Part shown: piece by piece, positions 31,722-38,031 of the stretch
How the letters are laid out: each line of letters opens with the position of its first letter
Numbering within the stretch: position 1 is the stretch's first letter
IMG/VR virus record: IMGVR_UViG_3300014202_000415
Length of the DNA stretch: 38,031 nucleotides
Direction: 5' to 3' (one strand)
From: a virus
Translations under genes and position numbers: made by a program
Notes under the pieces: model-generated
What the model was told of the DNA's origin: nothing
The model's input: the letters and a program-made list of their open reading frames with translations, nothing else
Databases searched by the model: none

Positions 31722-32021
31722 ATGATGGGTATGCACGTAGAAGATGGCCCCAATGATTACGAAAAGCGTATGCGCGAGCGTAACGCCGCAATGAAAAAGC
31801 GGCTTGAGAAGCTACCACAAAACGCCGTGGTACAGACAGCAACCAAGCGGGTAACTAAAACACTCACCGAAAAAGAGAACCGCGACAAGTGGGAGGCGGT
31901 AGACAGCCTAGTAAGTGCCGCATACGGGCAGTTTTGTGACGGTGACCTATCATTTATAGAGGCAACCAAAGGATTAGGGGAGGCGATTAGCGCCTTGGCA
32001 AAGGGCGATAAAACGGCTTGA
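31722..32021 (+). CDS. Hypothetical head-module protein
   Basis: 99-aa ORF. Confidence 0.55.
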   Translation: MMGMHVEDGPNDYEKRMRERNAAMKKRLEKLPQNAVVQTATKRVTKTLTEKENRDKWEAVDSLVSAAYGQFCDGDLSFIEATKGLGEAISALAKGDKTA

Positions 32022-32048
32022 TACGGCGCTCTAAACCATTTTGACCCC

Positions 32049-32076
32049 TTGACAAAACGACTAACTTTGATATAAT
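32049..32076 (+). promoter_or_regulatory. Capsid-operon promoter CCCCTTGACA-16-TATAAT with TG extension
   Basis: TTGACAAAACGACTAACTTTGATATAAT. Confidence 0.7.
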
Positions 32077-32110
32077 ACGTGCTTAATACAGTATAAATAA
32101 CGAGGCAATA

Positions 32111-32136
32111 AGCCCGCAATTGGCGGGTTTTTTTGT
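32111..32136 (+). terminator. Terminator-like hairpin plus U-tract inside the capsid mRNA leader (conserved element 32100-32136)
   Basis: AGCCCGC-aattg-GCGGGTT followed by TTTTTTG; about 83% identical to 2351-2386. Confidence 0.7.
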
Positions 32137-32162
32137 TCTCAAAAAAGTAAAGGAGTACAAAT

Positions 32163-33230
32163 ATGACATTTACAGACCGCGTTAAGTCAATTACTCAAGA
32201 CGAGATTTTACCCAAAGTTATAGATAACGTCCTCTCAGACAGCTTTGTGCCGTTTAGGTTCCTTAGTAACGGTAAAAAGTGGAATGGCGAAACACTGAAA
32301 CGCCCAATGAAAATTGCCAAAAACACACTTGGTGGCTCATTTAGCGGCCTTGATGTGCACAACACTGGCACAGTTGAAACCCGCGTACTCATTGCATACG
32401 ACCCGAGAGGGTACGAAATCCCCGTTGGGATTAGCGGCATGGAAAAGGCCGTTAATGCAACTGAGGCACGAGTGCTTGAGTTAGTGCGCACTGAGCTTGA
32501 GAGTGCACAACAGGATATGCTTGACGACATTAGTGATATTTTGTACGCAGACGGTACGGGCAACTCAAACAAGGATTTCCTTGGATTTGATGCGCTTGTT
32601 GATGACGGTACCAGTGCAGCCACTATTGGAGGCTTGAGCCGCACAACCTACCCCTCACTTGCTGGGGTACGTACGGCATCGGGTGGCACAATGGATTTGA
32701 CCAAACTTGCAACCCTGGTATCTGGTATCTCGGGTGGCTCTGCCTCAAAGCAGCGCCCAACCATTATATTCTCTAACGAAACCGTTTGGGATTTGTTTGA
32801 GAGTATTTTGAGCCCGACAGTAACGGCAAACTACGAAGCCCTCGGGTACCCGTATGTGAGCCGCTCAAGTAAAGGCACTATCCGCGCAGCCGAGTTAAAG
32901 GGTGGCGCAGGGTTTACCTCACTTGTCTATAAAGGTATCCCATGGGTAGCTGACGAAAAGGCAACTGCACAAACTGTGTGGGCCATAAACGAAAACTACA
33001 TCGACTGGTTCGGGTTGACTGACCCAGACCTCAAGGGCATAGACCTTGGAAGTGACACAATTGACGGGGTGTATGCAGAAGCCCCCTCAAAGAATACAGG
33101 TATGCAGTGGACGGGCTTTATGCGCCCAACCAACCAACACGGTGAAGTTGCCCATATTTACTTGCTCGGTAACCTGGTTACATTCCAGCCGCGCAGGCAC
33201 GGACGACTGACAGGTGTAACAACTGTATAA
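32163..33230 (+). CDS. Major capsid protein (HK97-fold type)
   Basis: 355-aa ORF with its own strong promoter and an AAAGGAG SD. LYADGTGNSNKDFLGFDAL resembles the HK97-family G-loop region. Codon usage is distinct from the rest of the genome. Confidence 0.65.
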   Translation: MTFTDRVKSITQDEILPKVIDNVLSDSFVPFRFLSNGKKWNGETLKRPMKIAKNTLGGSFSGLDVHNTGTVETRVLIAYDPRGYEIPVGISGMEKAVNATEARVLELVRTELESAQQDMLDDISDILYADGTGNSNKDFLGFDALVDDGTSAATIGGLSRTTYPSLAGVRTASGGTMDLTKLATLVSGISGGSASKQRPTIIFSNETVWDLFESILSPTVTANYEALGYPYVSRSSKGTIRAAELKGGAGFTSLVYKGIPWVADEKATAQTVWAINENYIDWFGLTDPDLKGIDLGSDTIDGVYAEAPSKNTGMQWTGFMRPTNQHGEVAHIYLLGNLVTFQPRRHGRLTGVTTV

Positions 33231-33251
33231 AAAAAATAAAAGGAGGAACCT

Positions 33252-33977
33252 ATGTTTAACTTAATAGCGCAAGACATTTTTACAGAGAGCCAGTACCAAC
33301 AGCACGAGCTTGGGCTGCTTGGCACTGACAAATACGGCAATAGATACCGCTACGTGAAAGCGGGCGCCTCTGCATTGGTAACTGGTAACCTCCTACAGGA
33401 GGCAGCCGAAGACACCAATTTTAGAAGCATGGCAGTATACGCCGCGGCAGCCATTGGGGCTGACGAGGTGACGGTTACCCTTGGGGGCACCGCAGTTACC
33501 GCCAACCTCTTTGACGAGGGGCACCTATACGTAGAGAGTGGCACAGGAATTGGGCAACAGTTTATGGTTAAGCGTCATGAGGTTGAAACCTCAACCACGG
33601 GGCAGTGTGTATTTACCCTGGATAGGCCGCTTAAAATTGCACTTGACACGACAAGCCAAGTTACGGTGCGTAAAAACCCGTATAAGGGCGTTATCCAGTA
33701 CCCTGTTACCACGCAGACTGGTGGAGCGGTTGGAGTAGCTCGGTATGCCATGACGGCAAGCTACTTTGGCTGGGTACAGTCGGGTGGAGAGTGTGCAGTA
33801 TTATTTGACACAGGCACCAATACCTCTAACGGGGTAACGGGTATTGCCCCCTCTGCGGCAGTCGCAGGCTCGGTAGCACCTGTACTTGATGCGGTAGGCT
33901 CAATAGTCATAGGATTTACACGAGAAGTGGTATCAGTAGATAGCACCATGGGATTGGCCCATTTAACAATTGACTAA
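33252..33977 (+). CDS. Second abundant head protein (decoration / cement-like)
   Basis: 241-aa ORF with an AAAGGAGGA SD, directly after the capsid gene. Gly/Ala/Thr/Val-rich beta-type sequence. Confidence 0.6.
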   Translation: MFNLIAQDIFTESQYQQHELGLLGTDKYGNRYRYVKAGASALVTGNLLQEAAEDTNFRSMAVYAAAAIGADEVTVTLGGTAVTANLFDEGHLYVESGTGIGQQFMVKRHEVETSTTGQCVFTLDRPLKIALDTTSQVTVRKNPYKGVIQYPVTTQTGGAVGVARYAMTASYFGWVQSGGECAVLFDTGTNTSNGVTGIAPSAAVAGSVAPVLDAVGSIVIGFTREVVSVDSTMGLAHLTID

Positions 33978-34032
33978 TAGTTAAGGCTTATTGACGAGGG
34001 GGTAGCAATACCTATTAAGGATAAGCGCCAGC

Positions 34033-34056
34033 AATGGCCCCTCGTTTGGGGCCATT
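34033..34056 (+). terminator. 9-bp hairpin after the head genes (partial terminator / attenuator)
   Basis: AATGGCCCC-tcgttt-GGGGCCATT. The downstream T-tract is weak (ATTGTATTT). Confidence 0.45.
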
Positions 34057-34080
34057 ATTGTATTTAAAAGGAGGCAGAGT

Positions 34081-34209
34081 ATGGCAAAAGATGCAAAAAA
34101 AGTAGACGCACGCCCACTTTGTAAAAAGTGTGACGGTAAAGGGTTTGACGCAGAGGCAGACCGCCCATGCGCAAGCTGTGACGGCTCGGGTAGGCAGAGT
34201 AAAAAATAA
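34081..34209 (+). CDS. 42-aa DnaJ-type zinc-finger microprotein (two CxxCxGxG repeats; below the ORF-track cutoff)
   Basis: AAAAGGAGG SD 5 nt upstream. Product MAKDAKKVDARPLCKKCDGKGFDAEADRPCASCDGSGRQSKK. CKKCDGKG and CASCDGSG fit the DnaJ cysteine-rich-domain repeat exactly. Confidence 0.65.
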   Translation: MAKDAKKVDARPLCKKCDGKGFDAEADRPCASCDGSGRQSKK

Positions 34210-34233
34210 TGTTAATTTAAAAGGAGGCACAAT

Positions 34234-35211
34234 ATGAAGTTTCGAGATTACCCACAGGGAGCACCACTACGACACGGGCACAAAATATACCCAGAGGATA
34301 TAGCGGGTATGCTTGGCCTGCCGTACGTTGGCAAAGTTATTTACGTTGACCCGAGCGCGGGCAGCGACAGTGCAAATGGTGGCAGAAGCCAAAATAGTGC
34401 ACTTGCTACCTTGGCAGGGGCATACGCAAAAATGACCAGTGGCGCACATGATGTGGTGGTATACGCCCCCTCGGGTGGTACTGGCCGCAGCGCTGAAACT
34501 ACCGCAATTACGTGGGCAAAACGATTTGCGCACGTCATTGGCTCAGCCGCACCGACTGTGCAAGATGCACGGGCTGGGGTGAGCTTTGGCACAGGTGGCT
34601 CACTGGTTATCTCTGAAAACGGTTGTATATTTAAAAACCTTACCTTTAACGGCACGGCTGACATAAACGAGCCAGTAAGCGTTACAGGTGACTACAACGC
34701 GTTCCTTGGGGTAGACTTTAAAGGCTCGCTTAATGCCACCACGGGTGATGATACGGCAATGCGGGCGCTCAACCTTGACGGTGGGCAGGAGAATTATTTT
34801 GGGGGCTGCACGTTTGGCTCTGATACCATTATGCGCAGTGCTGCCAATGCCACGGTTGAGTTTGAGAACGCGGCAAGCCGCAACGTATTTGAGGATTGTC
34901 GGTTTATTGCAGCAATAGACGCGGCAACACCTGTGCACGTATTGTTTACAGGCACCAGTGCAATTGACCGCTGGGTAGAGTTTAAAAATACGTCATTTTA
35001 CTCGTTTAGCGCTAATAACGCTACGGCTATGACGGCGTGTATGAACCTATCGGCTCAAACGGCAACAGGCCATGTACTCGCAACGGGCTTGACGAGCTTA
35101 ATGGGCGGTATTACTGATTGGGAGGCAACAGCTAGTGGACGTATTTATATCCAAGGTTATACGAATACGACCAATGTAATTGGTATCGCCATAAACCCAG
35201 CAGTATCATAA
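34234..35211 (+). CDS. Right-handed beta-helix (pectate-lyase-like) tail spike / depolymerase
   Basis: 325-aa ORF with an AAAGGAGG SD. N-terminus IYVDPSAGSDSANGGRSQNSALATLAGAYAKMTSGAHDVVVY. Repeated ~22-aa N/G/F-rich coils (IFKNLTFNG, FLGVDFKG, VFEDCRFI). Confidence 0.6.
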   Translation: MKFRDYPQGAPLRHGHKIYPEDIAGMLGLPYVGKVIYVDPSAGSDSANGGRSQNSALATLAGAYAKMTSGAHDVVVYAPSGGTGRSAETTAITWAKRFAHVIGSAAPTVQDARAGVSFGTGGSLVISENGCIFKNLTFNGTADINEPVSVTGDYNAFLGVDFKGSLNATTGDDTAMRALNLDGGQENYFGGCTFGSDTIMRSAANATVEFENAASRNVFEDCRFIAAIDAATPVHVLFTGTSAIDRWVEFKNTSFYSFSANNATAMTACMNLSAQTATGHVLATGLTSLMGGITDWEATASGRIYIQGYTNTTNVIGIAINPAVS

Positions 35212-35234
35212 TAGTAACTAGCAGTATTAACCAA

Positions 35235-35257
35235 AAGCCCCCTAACGGGGGCTTTTT
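35235..35257 (+). terminator. Rho-independent terminator
   Basis: AAGCCCCC-taac-GGGGGCTT followed by TTTTGG. Confidence 0.8.
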
Positions 35258-35581
35258 GGTATAGTTTGTTATAGATAAGTCAACACCACTAAAAATTAGG
35301 AAAGTGGCACCAATTTAGCCTCGTGTTTTTCCCACTTTAGGCACGACACCCAAAAAACGGACTTGACAAGATATTTTTACCCCATTGTAAGGCTAACCCA
35401 CCAGCAATTACGTGCGTAGACATTGTAGGTAAATGTTAGGTGTATAATATATATAGAGGGGTTTATGGCTAATAGACGCCTCAAAGCACCTTGACATACT
35501 AGCGAGCAAACCACGCAGACGGGATAGCAACCGACCCGTGCAGGACACTCGCCGCATATAAAAACATTTACAGGAGGTACT

Positions 35582-36043
35582 ATGCAAATAGTATACGATG
35601 ACGGCGGCAGGAAAGCCGCAGGCTATACAGGCACCACTAGCGATTGTGTTACACGGGCAATAGCCATTGCAACACAAAAGCCATACCAGGAGGTGTACGA
35701 TGCGCTTAATGACCTGGGGAAGCAAGAGCGACCCAGGAGCCATTGGGCAGGGTGGCAGCGCGGTATGGTACGCCGCAGCCGCTCAACAGCCCGTACAGGG
35801 GTGCACATTGCTACCATACGCAAGTATATGGCCAGTATAGGGTGGGTGTGGGTGCCCACCATGTTTATAGGCCAAGGTTGCAAAGTGCATTTAACCGCTG
35901 ACGAGTTGCCACCTGGGAGGCTCGTAGTGTCGGTATCAAAGCATGAGGTAGCCGTTATTGACGGTGTTATACATGATTTGTTTGACCCTGCACGCGGCGG
36001 CACACGCTGTGTATATGGGTATTACCGAAAGGGGGCCGTATGA
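35582..36043 (+). CDS. Moron gene 1: 153-aa protein with a possible papain-like Cys/His/Asp arrangement
   Basis: CAGGAGGT SD. GTTSDCVTRAIAIA (candidate nucleophile Cys) and VSKHEVAVIDGVIHDLFDP (candidate His/Asp). The fold assignment is tentative. Confidence 0.6.
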   Translation: MQIVYDDGGRKAAGYTGTTSDCVTRAIAIATQKPYQEVYDALNDLGKQERPRSHWAGWQRGMVRRSRSTARTGVHIATIRKYMASIGWVWVPTMFIGQGCKVHLTADELPPGRLVVSVSKHEVAVIDGVIHDLFDPARGGTRCVYGYYRKGAV

Positions 36044-36228
36044 AAGTCTATATAGTAAACGTGACGGCATACATACCCTACCCTATTAGTAGGGAGTATA
36101 CCGAGCGGGCAACAGAGTTTGGCGCTGCCATATCACGTGCCATACGTAAGTACCGCAGTGACGAGCGTATAAAAGGCCACCATATTGACACCATGCTAAT
36201 CCGCGTGGGCAAGGCGACCATTAAGTAA
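36040..36228 (+). CDS. Moron gene 2: 62-aa hypothetical protein
   Basis: ATGA overlap with gene 1 and followed immediately by a terminator. Confidence 0.55.
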   Translation: MKVYIVNVTAYIPYPISREYTERATEFGAAISRAIRKYRSDERIKGHHIDTMLIRVGKATIK

Positions 36229-36234
36229 CAACTA

Positions 36235-36266
36235 CCCCGCTTGGGAAACCAGGCGGGGTTTTTTGT
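36235..36266 (+). terminator. Rho-independent terminator
   Basis: CCCCGCTTGG-gaaa-CCAGGCGGGG gives a 10-bp stem (one G-U pair), followed by TTTTTTG. Confidence 0.8.
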
Positions 36267-36278
36267 GGCTTACAAAGC

Positions 36279-36288
36279 GTGATATAAT
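36279..36288 (+). promoter_or_regulatory. Late promoter GTGATATAAT, 6 nt from ATG 36295 (leaderless)
   Basis: CGTGATATAAT-aggggt-ATGGCA. Confidence 0.65.
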
Positions 36289-36294
36289 AGGGGT

Positions 36295-37341
36295 ATGGCA
36301 TTGCAATTTGACGGCTCCAATGATTTTATACGCTCTGCTGGTGCTATAGCCTTATGCCCAGCGGCAACTTACAGTATTGAGTTTAAACTAAAGTACCTGT
36401 TTGCCACCTCAAGCGTATCCGAAAAAGGCTACATGGCGTTTGGTGGCGCTTCCCCTACTGACGGTGGCGTAACTACGATATTTTTACAACGGAATGGCGA
36501 AGCCCACCGTATGTATTTTGGTGGCTATACAGACGATAGCGCAAATACAACCATGGTGCAAAACACGTGGTATGATTTTTACCTGGGGCACGATAATACA
36601 AACAACAAGGCGTATTTTGGGTTTAACGGTACGGTACGTGAGGTCACTGATGCACAAAACCATAATACGGCAGCCCAAGTATTTTGGCTTGGCGCTGGCT
36701 ACGCGGCCTATTTTAACGGCATATTTGATGAGGTTCGCGTATCAAATAATATACGGCATACGGCCAATTTTACACCCTCTGAGGTTAGGTATGAGGCAGA
36801 CGCAAATACTATAGCTTTATGGCACATGGACGAGGGCAGCGGTACTTTAGTCGCTGACGCATCGGCAAGTAATTTTGACCTAACCATAGCAGGTGATACC
36901 ACCGCCCCCTCATGGGTATCTGGGTATGCGTTTATAACCAACCAAGCACCAAATACCCCCACAATAAGCAGCCCCACAGCCAGCCAAACGGGGGTAAGCA
37001 TTAACCCGACAGTTACCAGTAGCGCGTTTAGTGACGATGACGTAGGCGACACTCACCAGGCGAGCCAATGGCAGGTGGCAACGGATAGTGGGTTTACGGC
37101 TGTTGTATGGGATAGCGGTACTGATACAACCAATAAAACGAGCACCGTAGTTAATGCAGCAAACGGCACCTTTGCTGGGGCATTAAGCGGTGAAACTACT
37201 TTAGCAAATAGCACCGTATATTATGTGCGCGTGCGACACCAGGATGATAGCAGTGAGTGGTCATCATATAGTACGGGCGTATCATTTACGACTGCTGCCC
37301 TCCCTAGCGGCCTTGGCGGTAAGCTATTGCTGCTTTTGTAG
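36295..37341 (+). CDS. Tail fibre / receptor-binding protein: LamG (concanavalin-like) domain plus an FN3/Ig-like domain
   Basis: LQFDGSNDFI...FNGIFDEVRVSN...LWHMDEG is a LamG signature. The C-terminus PNTPTISSP...THQASQWQVATDSGF...VYYVRVRHQD is an FN3-like repeat. Confidence 0.7.
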   Translation: MALQFDGSNDFIRSAGAIALCPAATYSIEFKLKYLFATSSVSEKGYMAFGGASPTDGGVTTIFLQRNGEAHRMYFGGYTDDSANTTMVQNTWYDFYLGHDNTNNKAYFGFNGTVREVTDAQNHNTAAQVFWLGAGYAAYFNGIFDEVRVSNNIRHTANFTPSEVRYEADANTIALWHMDEGSGTLVADASASNFDLTIAGDTTAPSWVSGYAFITNQAPNTPTISSPTASQTGVSINPTVTSSAFSDDDVGDTHQASQWQVATDSGFTAVVWDSGTDTTNKTSTVVNAANGTFAGALSGETTLANSTVYYVRVRHQDDSSEWSSYSTGVSFTTAALPSGLGGKLLLLL

Positions 37342-37343
37342 GT

Positions 37344-37353
37344 GTGATATAAT
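37344..37353 (+). promoter_or_regulatory. Late promoter GTGATATAAT, 6 nt from ATG 37360 (leaderless)
   Basis: TGTGATATAAT-ataaac-ATGAAA. Confidence 0.65.
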
Positions 37354-37359
37354 ATAAAC

Positions 37360-37839
37360 ATGAAAGCAAACCGCGGAATGTACCGAGATGCAAACTCTAT
37401 ACCAATACAGGGTATGAGTATGGTTGAAACCAAGGTAATGACCCTTGCAGGCGGTACGACAGACGACCCTGGCGACTATGACGGCACAGGTAACCCCGCA
37501 ACCCTCTTTACGGTAACTGGTGAGGTATTACTGGTTGTTTTTGGCTCATGCGACACTAATTTAGCAGGTGACAGCGCCACTATTGAGGTCGGGTTTAGCG
37601 GTAATACCGCAGCCCTTATTGCCCAAACAACAGCAACAGATATTGACGATGGTGATGTGTGGCTTGATGCAACCCCAGGGGTTGGTGGTGAGGCGTTGGG
37701 CTCAAGTGCTGTATTTGTTGTTAATGACGGTGCAGACGTAATACAGACAGTTGCAACGGCAAATATAACCGCAGGCGTGCTTAATTACTTCTGTTTATGG
37801 CGGCCCCTCTCCTCTGACGGTAACGTAGTAGCCGCATAA
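37360..37839 (+). CDS. Hypothetical tail-associated beta-rich protein
   Basis: 159-aa ORF. Confidence 0.6.
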   Translation: MKANRGMYRDANSIPIQGMSMVETKVMTLAGGTTDDPGDYDGTGNPATLFTVTGEVLLVVFGSCDTNLAGDSATIEVGFSGNTAALIAQTTATDIDDGDVWLDATPGVGGEALGSSAVFVVNDGADVIQTVATANITAGVLNYFCLWRPLSSDGNVVAA

Positions 37840-37842
37840 CTC

Positions 37843-38031
37843 ATGCAAGCAGCACAACAGCTTTTAGTATTGCAGGCAGACATACGCCAGTTAGAGCGTA
37901 AAAAGGGTAATTTACTCGCATTTTTAGACCGCACAGGCCAGCAATTACTTGAGGCACGCAGTGAAGTTGCTGAGTACAAACGCCAAAAACAGCAACTCTA
38001 TACCCGCATACGCATTTTACTAAGCACCATA
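37843..38031 (+). CDS. 5' part of the junction-spanning coiled-coil protein gene (continues at base 1; bases 37941-38031 duplicate 1-91)
   Basis: ATG at 37843, three bases after the preceding stop. The frame is open to the window end and continues in phase into 1..154. Confidence 0.55.
   Translation, partial: MQAAQQLLVLQADIRQLERKKGNLLAFLDRTGQQLLEARSEVAEYKRQKQQLYTRIRILLSTI
37941..38031. repeat. Terminal 91-bp direct overlap, copy 2
   Basis: Exact duplicate of bases 1-91. Confidence 0.9.

Noticed and set aside
35408-35743. 111-aa minus-strand ORF overlapping the start of the 153-aa moron gene.
   Set aside because: The + strand gene has a good SD and a conserved-looking domain organisation. 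The antisense ORF has no signals.
3302-37341. A diversity-generating retroelement targeting the LamG/fibre genes.
   Set aside because: There is no reverse transcriptase gene and I noticed no template/variable repeat pair.

Overview
The window is a complete, circularly closed tailed dsDNA phage genome. Bases 1-91 repeat exactly at 37941-38031, so the unique length is about 37,940 bp. I call about 75 tightly packed genes, and all but one are on the + strand.

Gene order:
- Tail, adaptor, internal-protein and lysis genes: 0.4-12.4 kb.
- Early, recombination and accessory genes: 12.9-26.3 kb. These include RecT, a PD-(D/E)xK nuclease, VRR-NUC, a HAD phosphatase, a secreted CAP-domain protein, an RlpA-like protein, a GroES-GroEL pair, and a ParB-DNA methyltransferase coupled to an AdoMetDC (SpeD)-like pyruvoyl enzyme.
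- Packaging, head and fibre genes: 26.6-38.0 kb. These include TerS, a GpA-like TerL, portal, an HK97-like capsid protein, a beta-helix spike and a LamG fibre.

I saw no tRNA, CRISPR array, integrase, DNA polymerase, primase or helicase.

Most notable observations:
1. A phage-borne GroES/GroEL operon, plus a 42-aa DnaJ-type CxxCxGxG zinc-finger microprotein in the head-tail operon.
2. A methyltransferase/SpeD-like gene pair.
3. A late regulon built on the invariant 10-mer GTGATATAAT, placed 6-7 nt from ATG, which implies leaderless mRNAs.
4. A conserved, terminator-like hairpin about 36 nt long that sits downstream of promoters in front of the tail and capsid operons, suggesting antitermination control.
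5. Early promoters that share a conserved CTAACAAT spacer.
6. Complete absence of GATC and CCGG by manual scan.
7. A terminator-insulated two-gene moron between the tail-fibre genes.

All functional calls rest on motifs read by eye. No database search was run.
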